IMG/VR virus record: IMGVR_UViG_2899924645_000001
Coordinates: 16,355 to 80,354 of that record
DNA length: 64,000 nt
Source of the DNA: a virus
Taxonomy: Duplodnaviria; Caudoviricetes
Direction: 5' to 3' (one strand)
Shown here: positions 27,809 through 35,804 of the stretch, one piece after another
Numbering within the stretch: the stretch's first letter is position 1
Layout of the letters: each line of letters begins with the position of its first letter
Program-made: the position numbers and the translations under genes
The notes under the pieces: model-generated
Databases searched by the model: none
Told to the model about the DNA's origin: nothing
The model's input: the letters and a program-made list of their open reading frames with translations, nothing else

Positions 27809-28464
27809 CGCTTGGCCCCCAGTCCCGCGAGAGTTCGAGCCACCTGCAGCTCGGCGAAGCGCGTGAGAAAGCGCTCGCGCCAGTCCTTCCACGTCGCGGC
27901 CTCGCGCTCGGGCGTGTCGAGGCGAACCCAGTCGGCGGGCGCGACCGGCTGCAGCGTGTTGTCGTTGAGCGCGGGCCACGGCATGTGGCGCGAGGGGTTG
28001 TAGGGCGTCAGGTCGCGGCGAGCCGTGGCGAGCGCCTGCAGGTCGATGGAGCGCAGAAACTCGCGATGCCCGGCGAACACCGACAGAAGCTTGAAGTGCT
28101 CGCGCACGCCCTTGGCATGCTCGGCTTCGAAGGCGTGCCATGCGCCGACGCCGAAGGCCATGCTGTAGCTGTTGACGGCTTGCTTAGCGGGACTGATGAG
28201 GTCGTTGGTGTATGCCTCGTGCGCGTCGTGCAGCAACGCTGCCATCTGCACGAACACCGATGCGCCGGCGCGCTGGGCGATGTCGCAGCACAGGAGGCTG
28301 TGCTCGGCCACGCTGTAGGGGCGCGACGTGGCGCCGTTGAACTGGGCGACGATGGCGAGGTGGTGCGCCACGTCGTTGATGTCCACGGGGCGGCCGCATG
28401 CGCCGTAGGCGGTGGGGCCGGCGAGGTGGTACTCGGCGCCGCTTGCGGTCAGCATCCACGTCAT
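27805..28464 (-). CDS. HD-domain phosphohydrolase (YfdR/5'-deoxynucleotidase-like)
   Basis: DVAHHLA...QFNGAT..PYSVAEHS...ALLHDAHEAY.ND...P.K. Confidence 0.88.
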   Translation of the reverse strand: MTWMLTASGAEYHLAGPTAYGACGRPVDINDVAHHLAIVAQFNGATSRPYSVAEHSLLCCDIAQRAGASVFVQMAALLHDAHEAYTNDLISPAKQAVNSYSMAFGVGAWHAFEAEHAKGVREHFKLLSVFAGHREFLRSIDLQALATARRDLTPYNPSRHMPWPALNDNTLQPVAPADWVRLDTPEREAATWKDWRERFLTRFAELQVARTLAGLGAKR

Positions 28465-28658
28465 TGCACGCCCCCCGATTGCTGTTGCAGGCTGCGGGCG
28501 AGCAGGGCGGCGCGGTGGTCGTTGAACACCTTCTTGAAGTGCTGCCCCGAGCGTTCGTCGAAGGGATAGCTGCAAGCGAAGTTGAGCGAGTGGCCGGCCT
28601 CGGCCGCCTCCTTCGCTTCGCGCTCGATCTTGTCGAGCGACACGATGGGAAAGTCCAT
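28461..28658 (-). CDS. Hypothetical phage protein
   Basis: MDFPIVSLDKIEREAKEAA...; coupled to the HD gene. Confidence 0.6.
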   Translation of the reverse strand: MDFPIVSLDKIEREAKEAAEAGHSLNFACSYPFDERSGQHFKKVFNDHRAALLARSLQQQSGGVQ

Positions 28659-28680
28659 GGAGTCTCCGGTGACTGGGTAG

Positions 28681-29022
28681 TTAGGCCGCGTGGGCCGGGG
28701 CTGGGGCGCGTGCGGGCAGCAGCTCGCACGAGGTGATGGCGGCGTGGATTTCGGGCGCGTGCGCGCCTGGCATCGAGCGCGGGTTCGCGAGCACCAGGCG
28801 CAGCGCATCGCCGGCCTTCAGGCTGCGATGCTTCGCGCGCCATGCAGCGGCCTCGGGGCCGACCCAGCGCACCACGTAGACCTCGACCGCACGAGGGCCT
28901 TGGTTGTCTACGACGCGCATCTTCAGGACGAAGGCGCCGGAGTCGTTCGTGTGCTCGCTGACGGCGGGTCGCGTGGCGTGGTCCTTGCCCACGAAGAAGA
29001 GCCCTGTCGTGGTCGTCGTCAT
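28681..29022 (-). CDS. Hypothetical protein, possible OB-fold ssDNA-binding
   Basis: Beta-rich; ...VVRWVGPEAAAW....LKAGDALRLVL resembles SSB/PriB strand pattern. Confidence 0.45.
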   Translation of the reverse strand: MTTTTTGLFFVGKDHATRPAVSEHTNDSGAFVLKMRVVDNQGPRAVEVYVVRWVGPEAAAWRAKHRSLKAGDALRLVLANPRSMPGAHAPEIHAAITSCELLPARAPAPAHAA

Positions 29023-29189
29023 TGCTGCGCACCTCGCTGCATCTCGGCGCGGATGCGCTTGAAGGTCTTGCGGATGTCAGTGGCGACGGCCGGCGTGTAT
29101 TGGAAGCGGTCATCGGCGAGGCCGCCGACCGGGCCGGTGCGCTGCGGCTGCTTGGGCCGGCGCGGGCGAGGGGAGGTAATCACGATCAT
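29019..29189 (-). CDS. Small basic hypothetical protein
   Basis: MIVITSPRPRR...FQYTPAVATDIRKTFKRIR; ATGA coupling. Confidence 0.55.
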   Translation of the reverse strand: MIVITSPRPRRPKQPQRTGPVGGLADDRFQYTPAVATDIRKTFKRIRAEMQRGAQQ

Positions 29190-29347
29190 GGAGTGCTCCA
29201 GCCGTAGACGCACATCGCGGCGATCACGATGGGCAGGACGATGAAGACCGCCAGCGCAGCAGCGGTCGCGAGGACGCCCGCAACGGGCGCGACTGGCGAT
29301 GTCCTCATGAGGCCATTGCCGGTTTCGTGGAGAGAGGTCGAGCGCAT
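29186..29347 (-). CDS. Small single-TM protein (absent from the ORF track)
   Basis: MRSTSLHETGNGLMRTSPVAPVAGVLATAAALAVFIVLPIVIAAMCVYGWSTP; GAAAGG RBS upstream; alternative start 29308. Confidence 0.55.
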   Translation of the reverse strand: MRSTSLHETGNGLMRTSPVAPVAGVLATAAALAVFIVLPIVIAAMCVYGWSTP

Positions 29348-29357
29348 GGCCGGCCTT

Positions 29358-29630
29358 TCAGAAAGGGCAGGCCGCGAGTGCGCGGCCCGGGGTGGTGAGG
29401 GCGATTTCGAGCGCGATGTCGAACACCTCTTCGTCAGAGGCGCCGTGCCGGCTCGCGAGCAGGGCCGCGCTCATCGGATTGCGCTCGCAGTACGGCGAAC
29501 CCGGGCGGTGCTCGTAGTGGTATCCGCCGCACCGGCACAGGCGATGGCCGGTCGCGCGCAGGTGCTGCGTGAACAGCCCATGGTCGCGGCGGCGCGTGCG
29601 GCACTCGGGACAGCGGAAGAGGAAGGCCAT
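29358..29630 (-). CDS. Small Cys/His-rich (Zn-binding) protein
   Basis: CPEC...H...H.LCRCGGYHYEHRPGSPYC. Confidence 0.65.
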   Translation of the reverse strand: MAFLFRCPECRTRRRDHGLFTQHLRATGHRLCRCGGYHYEHRPGSPYCERNPMSAALLASRHGASDEEVFDIALEIALTTPGRALAACPF

Positions 29631-29797
29631 CAGCTACGGCCCTCGCGGTTAAGGGGCGCTTGGCTAAGCCAGCCGCGAGCCCATGCAGAGCGGGCCCACC
29701 GCGGCCAGTTAAGGCGCATTGCCCGGCCGTAGATGAGAGGCAGGCCGCGCGAGTGTGCAGAGCGGCCTTGTGCCTCGAACCAGATGCGCGCCTTCAC
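29630..29797 (-). CDS. Small hypothetical protein
   Basis: GTG start overlapping the upstream stop; Trp/Arg-rich. Confidence 0.45.
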   Translation of the reverse strand: MKARIWFEAQGRSAHSRGLPLIYGRAMRLNWPRWARSAWARGWLSQAPLNREGRS

Positions 29798-30078
29798 GAT
29801 GCGGCCTCCGCGAGTTCGACGTGCGCCGCCCACCACTTGCCGACTTTGGCGGACCTATCGTTGAGCACCGAGACGCGAGCGCCATCAGCATCCCAGCTCG
29901 TAACCTGGCCCATGAACGAGCCACGGTAGTGGGTCACCCTCACGCGCGCGTCCTTCGGATACGCCTTCTGAAGCGCTGCCAGAAGATCGGCCTTCGCTTG
30001 CCTGACGCGCTCGTTTGCTTCCTCAACGTCGCGGCTGTAGTTGGCCGCACCCTGCGAGCCCAAGTCCCAGTAGCTCAT
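29794..30078 (-). CDS. Hypothetical early protein (SH3-like C-terminus possible)
   Basis: Part of the coupled mini-gene array; ends ELAEAAS. Confidence 0.6.
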   Translation of the reverse strand: MSYWDLGSQGAANYSRDVEEANERVRQAKADLLAALQKAYPKDARVRVTHYRGSFMGQVTSWDADGARVSVLNDRSAKVGKWWAAHVELAEAAS

Positions 30079-30269
30079 GCTGCGCTCCCGGTGGCCTTGG
30101 CGATGGCGGCGAGTGCGGCTCGGACAGCGCGAGCTTCACGGCGGCCCTCGGAGTCCTCGCTTGCCTTGACATCAGCGTAGGCACTCATCTCCGCATTGAT
30201 GATGCTGAGTCCTTCGCGGACCAACTTCGAGGGCTTCGCCAGCGGCCCCGGCGTGTGCTGCGCGCTCAA
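30075..30269 (-). CDS. Mini-gene cassette MSAQHTPGP...AKATGSAA
   Basis: TTG start overlapping the upstream TGA; shares termini with neighbours. Confidence 0.65.
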   Translation of the reverse strand: MSAQHTPGPLAKPSKLVREGLSIINAEMSAYADVKASEDSEGRREARAVRAALAAIAKATGSAA

Positions 30270-30535
30270 GATGCAGCCTCCTGGGCCTTGGTGAGGGCGG
30301 CGTGCGCTTTACGCAGGGCCGACTCCAAAACGGGGTTGGTGCCAGTGGCGGGGAAGCTCGTCGCCGCGTACAGGCTCTGGAGCGCGTCGATCAGCTCTTT
30401 TCGCTCGGCCTTGCGGCGTGCCATGCCGCGCAGGATTGCGCTGTTTTCCACCGTGGCACGCCCGACCGTCATGCTGTGGCGGCCATCGACTTCAACGCCG
30501 ACCGGCCCCGGCGTGTGCTGAGCGGCGGCGGTCAT
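30266..30535 (-). CDS. Mini-gene cassette MTAAAQHTPGP...KAQEAAS
   Basis: ATGA coupling; GGAG RBS. Confidence 0.65.
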   Translation of the reverse strand: MTAAAQHTPGPVGVEVDGRHSMTVGRATVENSAILRGMARRKAERKELIDALQSLYAATSFPATGTNPVLESALRKAHAALTKAQEAAS

Positions 30536-30717
30536 GCTGCGCTCCCGGTGGCCTTGGCTGCTTCGATCAACTCCCTTGCATTGCGATGTGGGAGCCAGTC
30601 TGGAGCCCAGGCATGGGCGCCGGAACGCCACGCGCGTTCGTACTCTCGGCACATGGCCTCTAGCGCCTCGACCAATTCAGCCTTGGTGGGTGCCTGTGTG
30701 TGCTGCGCGGCGCTCAT
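30532..30717 (-). CDS. Mini-gene cassette MSAAQHTQAP...AKATGSAA
   Basis: ATGA coupling; GGAG RBS. Confidence 0.65.
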   Translation of the reverse strand: MSAAQHTQAPTKAELVEALEAMCREYERAWRSGAHAWAPDWLPHRNARELIEAAKATGSAA

Positions 30718-30914
30718 GCTGCGGCTCCTGCAGCGCGCAGGGCGTCGGTGCGCGCCCGCTCGAAGGCCTCGATTTCCTTCGACAGGGTGGGGTGTTCGGT
30801 TGCGATGAAGCCGACAACGTAGTGCCAGTTCGCATGCCCGGATTCCTTGGCGGACTGCATCGCGCGCACGAGGGCTTGCGCGGCGGATGTGCGGTGCGTG
30901 CGTGCTCGCGTCAT
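30714..30914 (-). CDS. Mini-gene MTRARTHRT...AAGAAA
   Basis: ATGA coupling with both neighbours. Confidence 0.55.
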   Translation of the reverse strand: MTRARTHRTSAAQALVRAMQSAKESGHANWHYVVGFIATEHPTLSKEIEAFERARTDALRAAGAAA

Positions 30915-31261
30915 GCCGCACCTCGCGCCGAAAGGTTCATCGCGTCGATGTCGCTGTTGAGTGCGCGAGCGCGCTCGGCGAAATCGGCAGCCATCGGATG
31001 CGCCGGCGCTGCCTCTTCCTCGTAGCTCTCGACGGCCGCATCTGCGAGGCCGGGGAGGTCGATGCTTCCGGCCTTGAGGGCCTTCAGTGCCAGCGGCACG
31101 CCCATGGCCTGCCACGTCGTGACGCCGGCGAGCTTGCAGCGATAGAACGCCTGGCGCCGGCGGCCGGTGGTGCGCATCCAGATTTCGACGCGCGCGGCGC
31201 GGGTGGCGACGAACGGCGACGGGCGGCCGGCGGTTGCGTGGTTGGTTTGTGCGCGGGCCAC
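30911..31261 (-). CDS. Hypothetical early protein
   Basis: Coupled ORF in the early-left operon. Confidence 0.55.
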   Translation of the reverse strand: MARAQTNHATAGRPSPFVATRAARVEIWMRTTGRRRQAFYRCKLAGVTTWQAMGVPLALKALKAGSIDLPGLADAAVESYEEEAAPAHPMAADFAERARALNSDIDAMNLSARGAA

Positions 31262-31265
31262 GGCG

Positions 31266-31449
31266 TCAGCCCTCGATGCGCACGGTATCGAGCACCGGGC
31301 ACCCGGTGATGCGGTGCGCGATGTCGGCGGCCTGCGTGGCGCTGGTGGCGTGGAATTGGACGAACGGCGCGGCGCCGGTGTCCGAGGGGTTCAGGTGCCC
31401 GTGGGCATCCCGAGGGGTGTAGTAGCAGCGATAGCGGCGAGTTGCCATG
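31266..31449 (-). CDS. First gene of the early-left operon (start approximate), hypothetical
   Basis: MATRRYRCYYTPRD...FVQFHATSATQA; directly downstream of the OL operators. Confidence 0.55.
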
Positions 31450-31478
31450 TCCGACTCCAAGTGGAAGACGGACAAATA

Positions 31479-31547
31479 GTAGCGATGCTGCTTTTAATGG
31501 TCAATAGCAATGCTGCTTCTGTTGCAAATTAAAGTAGCGTGGCTGCT
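31479..31547. promoter_or_regulatory. OL: three repressor operators at PL
   Basis: GTAGCGATGCTGCT (31479), ATAGCAATGCTGCT (31504), GTAGCGTGGCTGCT (31534) in an AT-rich gap. Confidence 0.8.
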
Positions 31548-31548
31548 A

Positions 31549-32070
31549 TCAGGTGCCTGGAGCGCGACATCCGAGCCTGTCGCACTCGCCTTGGAGGCGG
31601 TCTACGATGCGGTCGGCGCCGGTCACTCGGTTTTGGCAGGTAGTCGCGGCGGCTTGCATTTCGGCCGCAATTGCTTGGTCGCGCGTGGCGCCTGCGAGAT
31701 TGTTCTTGGAGGATGCCTGCCGGGCCTGGATCGTGCGCTGCTCTTGTTCGCAGCTGCTACGCATGCGGTCGGCGTCTAACTTGGCGTCGTTGAGCTTCAC
31801 CCATCGTTCGCGCTGCATGCGCTCTTCGGTGAGCGTGTCTGTGAACGACTTCTTTTCAGCGGTGCCGGTCGATGCGTTTCCGCCCGCGGTGCTTTGTGTT
31901 GGAGCTGGAGCATTGCCCGAGGCGGGGCGCACTTCGACTTTCGAGCCATTCGCGCCGGCGCAGGGCGTCTGCTGGAACTGAAGTTTGCCTGTGGCGTCCG
32001 GGCATTTGTAGACCTGCGCAGATGCTGAGGCCATTGCAACGACGAAAGGCAGGGTGGCGAGCAATTTCAA
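31549..32070 (-). CDS. Secreted DUF4124-like protein downstream of cI
   Basis: Signal peptide MKLLATLPFVVAMASASA, then QVYKCPDATGKLQFQQTPC. Confidence 0.8.
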   Translation of the reverse strand: MKLLATLPFVVAMASASAQVYKCPDATGKLQFQQTPCAGANGSKVEVRPASGNAPAPTQSTAGGNASTGTAEKKSFTDTLTEERMQRERWVKLNDAKLDADRMRSSCEQEQRTIQARQASSKNNLAGATRDQAIAAEMQAAATTCQNRVTGADRIVDRLQGECDRLGCRAPGT

Positions 32071-32134
32071 GGGTCCCTCCTGTAGTGCCCATTGTTGTAC
32101 TGCCGCTTTCTACCATGTGCCTCCGGTATGTGGA

Positions 32135-32896
32135 TTAGAGCTTTGCTCCCATCCAGACGGCTCGCCCGATGATCTCAACGTGCTGCGCATTGTTCATGGA
32201 GATGTCGGGATTTCCGTCGGGATTGTCCGAGCGGGCGACCCAGCCGTCCGGGGTTTGAATTAGCCGCTTGACGATGAGGTCGTCCCCGTAGGCCATCGCG
32301 AACACCGAACCATTTCGAGGCTCGCGGTTCCGCGTGTTGACCAATAGCACGGCCCCATTCACGATGGTTGGTTCCATGCTCGTCCCCGTGACATGGACGA
32401 TCCTTGCCGACTCCTGGGTAGCCCCGCAGGAGGAGAGAAAGTCCCGCCTGAATTGCAGCGAGCCTTCGACTTCCTCGACGACAGCGGCGGCGCCTGGCCC
32501 GGCAGAGAGCCGCACGGTGAGTCGCTGAACCGGAACGAACTCCGAGTCGTCGTGTGTCGAAGGATGACTTGCGATGGCCTGTGCCGCGCCTGCAATCTGT
32601 GCGGCAATCGTTGGACTGAACTCCCCAATAGGGACGTTGAGGCCTCGCGCGAAATTGGTTGCCTGCTCAATGTTCAACGGCCGACGACCGTGCAGGTAGT
32701 GGCCTAAGTTGGCCTGCGAGCGCAGGCCGTACTTGGCCGCGAAGTCATCCTGCTTTAGTCCGCCTGCCGCGCGGTACGCCTTGTAAAGCGCGAGCAGTCT
32801 CGCGGCGTCTTCACGCTGCCAGCCTTCGAGGGTGTTGGTGTCGTCTTTCGTCACCTCAAAAACTGTAGCGTCGCTATTAGTCTTGACAAACAGCAT
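32135..32896 (-). CDS. cI: CI repressor (HTH + S24 autopeptidase); likely start GTG at 32854
   Basis: HTH QDDFAAKYGLRSQANLGHYLHGRRPLN; cleavage-site-like LSAGPG; VTGTSMEP (Ser) and LIVKRL (Lys). Confidence 0.95.
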   Translation of the reverse strand: MLFVKTNSDATVFEVTKDDTNTLEGWQREDAARLLALYKAYRAAGGLKQDDFAAKYGLRSQANLGHYLHGRRPLNIEQATNFARGLNVPIGEFSPTIAAQIAGAAQAIASHPSTHDDSEFVPVQRLTVRLSAGPGAAAVVEEVEGSLQFRRDFLSSCGATQESARIVHVTGTSMEPTIVNGAVLLVNTRNREPRNGSVFAMAYGDDLIVKRLIQTPDGWVARSDNPDGNPDISMNNAQHVEIIGRAVWMGAKL

Positions 32897-32927
32897 TGCT
32901 ATTGAAGTAACATAGCAGCAAAGCTAC
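32865..32927. promoter_or_regulatory. OR: three operators and PR (-35 TTGACA at 32883)
   Basis: GTAGCGTCGCTATT (32865), AACAGCATTGCTAT (32889), AGCAGCAAAGCTAC (32914); same consensus as OL. Confidence 0.8.
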
Positions 32928-32936
32928 TAATTCGAC

Positions 32937-33179
32937 ATGCACAACCTGAAATCCATCCGTGAACGGCTCTGCGTGACGCAGCAGGTGCTTGCAGAGGGCA
33001 TTGGCTGCACGCAGGGGAACGTTGGTCACTATGAGCGCGGCCAAACCTTGTTGCCTGAGGTCGCCGCGAAGCTGATCGCGTTCGCGGCTTCTCGGGGGCT
33101 TCGGATCGGCTATGACCACATCTACGGGGATGCGCCGCTGCCGCAACTTGAGGCAGAGGTAGGAAGTGCCCATGCGTAG
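32937..33179 (+). CDS. cro: Cro-like repressor
   Basis: LKSIRERLCVTQQVLAEGIGCTQGNVGHYERG; divergent from cI. Confidence 0.9.
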   Translation: MHNLKSIRERLCVTQQVLAEGIGCTQGNVGHYERGQTLLPEVAAKLIAFAASRGLRIGYDHIYGDAPLPQLEAEVGSAHA

Positions 33180-33223
33180 GCGACGGCGGTTCGGCGTTGC
33201 CTCGATGCGTGCCGCTGTGCACG

Positions 33224-33520
33224 CTAGGAGAGCCATTCCGACGCTGATGGAGCCACATCGACCGCCGGCGAAAACACGCGCCCGCAAAGCCAGTCCATCG
33301 CCGCACGCTCGCGGGACGACTGCAGACCGTGGGCGGTGGCGCACTTGTTGGTTAGCTCGATCCACGCTGCGATGTTCTCGCGCGTCAGTTCTGGCTCGAC
33401 CTCCAGCAGCAATACGAGCTGCTGCAGGAAGTTTTCAACAGCTCCCATTCGCTCTTCGAGCGTGGGCGCATGGGTTGTTGCGCTGGCGGCGCGATGGCCT
33501 GTTTCATCTGAGGTTTGCAT
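33224..33520 (-). CDS. Antisense hypothetical protein between cro and cII (start uncertain)
   Basis: Amphipathic helices LEERMGAVENFLQQLVLLLEVEPEL...; fills an otherwise non-coding gap. Confidence 0.45.
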   Translation of the reverse strand: MQTSDETGHRAASATTHAPTLEERMGAVENFLQQLVLLLEVEPELTRENIAAWIELTNKCATAHGLQSSRERAAMDWLCGRVFSPAVDVAPSASEWLS

Positions 33521-34049
33521 GGGAGTGACTGTCTCAATTCCCGATGGCATTGCCTATGGCGCAGACGAAGCCTTGCCCGCCAGAGTGCAGGGGCAGAGCG
33601 TTGCCGAGGTTGCCTACAACACGGTGTACGGCTTCGAGCCGGGTATCGAAGTCCTTGCGAAGCGCATGAACATGAGCGCGAACACGCTCGCGCACAAGGT
33701 CAATCTGAAGAACAAGACGCATCACCTTTCGCTGCGCGAAGCCATTGAGCTGCAGCGCGCGACGGGCAACTTTGCGCTGCTGCATGCGATGGCGGACGAG
33801 CTGGGCCACACCGCCACGCTCGCCACGCCGCCGCAGGCCGAAGGCAATCCCGTCGAGACCATCATGCGCATGCACTGCGAGTTCGCCGACTTCACGCGCG
33901 CGGTTGCAGACGCCGTAGGCGACGGCACGCGGTTCGTGACGGGCAACGAGATGCGGCGTGCGGACTACCACGGGCAGGAAGCCGTCGCATCGGTGGGGCA
34001 CACCCTCTCCATGCTGCGCTCGCGTGTGCGGAAGGCGCCGACGACGTGA
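33519..34049 (+). CDS. cII: CII-family regulator
   Basis: LAKRMNMSANTLAHKVN....HHLSLREAIELQRATGN..LLHAMADELG. Confidence 0.85.
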   Translation: MGVTVSIPDGIAYGADEALPARVQGQSVAEVAYNTVYGFEPGIEVLAKRMNMSANTLAHKVNLKNKTHHLSLREAIELQRATGNFALLHAMADELGHTATLATPPQAEGNPVETIMRMHCEFADFTRAVADAVGDGTRFVTGNEMRRADYHGQEAVASVGHTLSMLRSRVRKAPTT

Positions 34050-34086
34050 GACATCGGTTTGCCAGACGGGGAGGGTGCGCGACCCC

Positions 34087-35031
34087 ATGAGCATCCGCCT
34101 GATGTCGATGATTTTCGAGCGCTACCCCGAGGGCGGTAGCGAAATGCTGCTCGCGCTCGCGATGGCCGACCATGCGAACGACGATGGCGCGCGCATCTGG
34201 CCCTCGCTCGATGAGTTGGCCCGCAAGACCCGGCAGAGCCGGCGCACCGTGCAGCGGCAGATCGCAAAGATGCTGGCCTCGGGCTGGCTGGAGCAGGTTC
34301 GTACGGCCACGGGCCGTCCTGGCGCGACGAACGAATACCGCGTTTGCCCCGCCTGGGTTGCTGGCGCAGAGCTTCCAAAGACGGGTGTCAAAGTGACACC
34401 CGTCGAGGATTCGCCTGAACCGGGGACGGATGACACATTGACACCCCTCGCGCCGCATGAGGTTGTCCACACGGGTGACAAAGTGACACCCGTTGGCGAA
34501 GGGGAGAGGGGTGTCACCCGTGACGCGAGGGGTGTCACCGGTGACGCGAGGGGTGACACAGCTATGTCACCCGAATCTTCAGGAACCATCAAGAACCATA
34601 CCCCCCTACCCCCCGATGGGGGGGCGGACGGGTTCGAAGCCCTTTGGGCGATCTACCCGAACCACGACAACCGGGCGAAGGCAGAGCGGCGATACCGCCG
34701 GCTCGCGCCGAGCACCGCGCTGCAGCAGGCCATGCGCTTGGCCATCGAGGCACAAAGGCTTGGCAAGAGGTGGACGAAGGACGGCGGCGAGTTCGTGCCC
34801 GAGTTCGCGACCTGGCTTCGCAATGAGCGTTGGCGCGATGAGCCGGCTACCGCTGGCGCGACGGGCCGAGGATGGGACGAGACACGCGCAGGCATCGATG
34901 CGAAGGCCCGCGAGCTAGGCATCCCCGCATGGGACGAGGCAGCGTTCTCGCTGGGCAGGGGGCCGAGCTACCCGGCATTCACGGAGCGCGTGCGACGCGC
35001 AGCAGAAGGAAGGGAGGCCGGATGCGCCTAA
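34087..35031 (+). CDS. Replication initiation protein (N-terminal winged HTH)
   Basis: MSIRLMS...LLALAMADHANDDG..IWPS...LARKT..SRRTVQR; internal iterons; FEALWAIYP and FATWLRNERW. Confidence 0.88.
   Translation: MSIRLMSMIFERYPEGGSEMLLALAMADHANDDGARIWPSLDELARKTRQSRRTVQRQIAKMLASGWLEQVRTATGRPGATNEYRVCPAWVAGAELPKTGVKVTPVEDSPEPGTDDTLTPLAPHEVVHTGDKVTPVGEGERGVTRDARGVTGDARGDTAMSPESSGTIKNHTPLPPDGGADGFEALWAIYPNHDNRAKAERRYRRLAPSTALQQAMRLAIEAQRLGKRWTKDGGEFVPEFATWLRNERWRDEPATAGATGRGWDETRAGIDAKARELGIPAWDEAAFSLGRGPSYPAFTERVRRAAEGREAGCA
34381..34573. repeat. Replication origin iterons within the initiator gene
   Basis: ACGGGTG(T/A)CAAAGTGACACCCGT at 34381 and 34471; tandem 21-bp GAGGGGTGTCACC(C/G)GTGACGC units from 34506; several TGACAC(CC) cores. 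Confidence 0.8.
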
Positions 35032-35804
35032 CGATGACATTCGATAGCGGCCTCGCCAGCGTGCAGCGTCAGCTCGCCAAGCTGTCCAGTCATCAGGCTA
35101 AGCAGGCATACGCCGAGGGCTTGAACGACGGCGGCTTTCGCGTGCGGCGCGAGTGGCAGCGCGAGATGAGCGACCAGTTCGACCGGCCCACCGCCTACAT
35201 CCTCAAGAGCGTGTACGTGCGCAAGGCCACACCCGACCGCTTGAGCGTGGACATCGAGCCGACATACTTCGGCGGCAAGGGCGTGGACCCGCAAAAGATT
35301 CTGCAGGCGCAGGAGTTCGGCGGACCACGGCGCGACAAGCGCAGCGAACTGGCCCTGCGCCGCATCGGCATCCTCCCGGCCGGGTATCAGACGGCCATGC
35401 CCGCCACGCCTTTCCCGGGCAGCGATGACGGGCGGGGCAATGTGCGCGGCAGCTTTCTCGTGCGGTTGCTGTCGTACTTCCAGGCGCTGGGCGAGCAGGG
35501 CTATCGGGCCAACATGACGGACAGGAGCAAGGCCCGTCTGCACAAGGGGACGAAAGGCCGAGAGGGCGTCCGCTTCTTCGTTGCGTACGGTCGCCTTCGG
35601 GGTGGTCCCACGCGGCATCTTGCGCCTGGCATCTGGGCTGCGACGGGTACGCAGGGCGTCATCGTGCGGCCGGTGCTCATGTTCGTACGCAACGCAACGT
35701 ACGAGGCGCGCATTAGCCGCGAGCGCGTAGCAGAGCGTGCCGACCTGCAGCCGTACATCGAGCGGCGCATCCGCTTCCGCATCCGGCAGATGGTGGGCGA
35801 ATGA
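35022..35804 (+). CDS. Conserved phage protein, gpZ-like/virion morphogenesis-like
   Basis: AYAEGLND...FDRPTAYILKSV...QEFGG.RRDK.SE.AL; basic; upstream of cos. Confidence 0.55.
   Translation: MRLTMTFDSGLASVQRQLAKLSSHQAKQAYAEGLNDGGFRVRREWQREMSDQFDRPTAYILKSVYVRKATPDRLSVDIEPTYFGGKGVDPQKILQAQEFGGPRRDKRSELALRRIGILPAGYQTAMPATPFPGSDDGRGNVRGSFLVRLLSYFQALGEQGYRANMTDRSKARLHKGTKGREGVRFFVAYGRLRGGPTRHLAPGIWAATGTQGVIVRPVLMFVRNATYEARISRERVAERADLQPYIERRIRFRIRQMVGE

Larger units (their letters stand above)
30075..30557. repeat. Direct repeats at mini-gene junctions
   Basis: TCATGCTGCGCTCCCGGTGGCCTTGG (26 bp) at 30075 and 30532; CGGCCCCGGCGTGTGCTG (18 bp) at 30243 and 30503. Confidence 0.9.

Noticed and set aside
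27805-28464. DatZ of a 2-aminoadenine (Z-genome) pathway
   Set aside because: No purZ, mazZ or phage DNA polymerase in the window; YfdR-like HD genes are common in lambdoid early regions
30075-30730. CRISPR array
   Set aside because: Repeats are coding gene junctions, only two copies each, irregularly spaced; no cas genes
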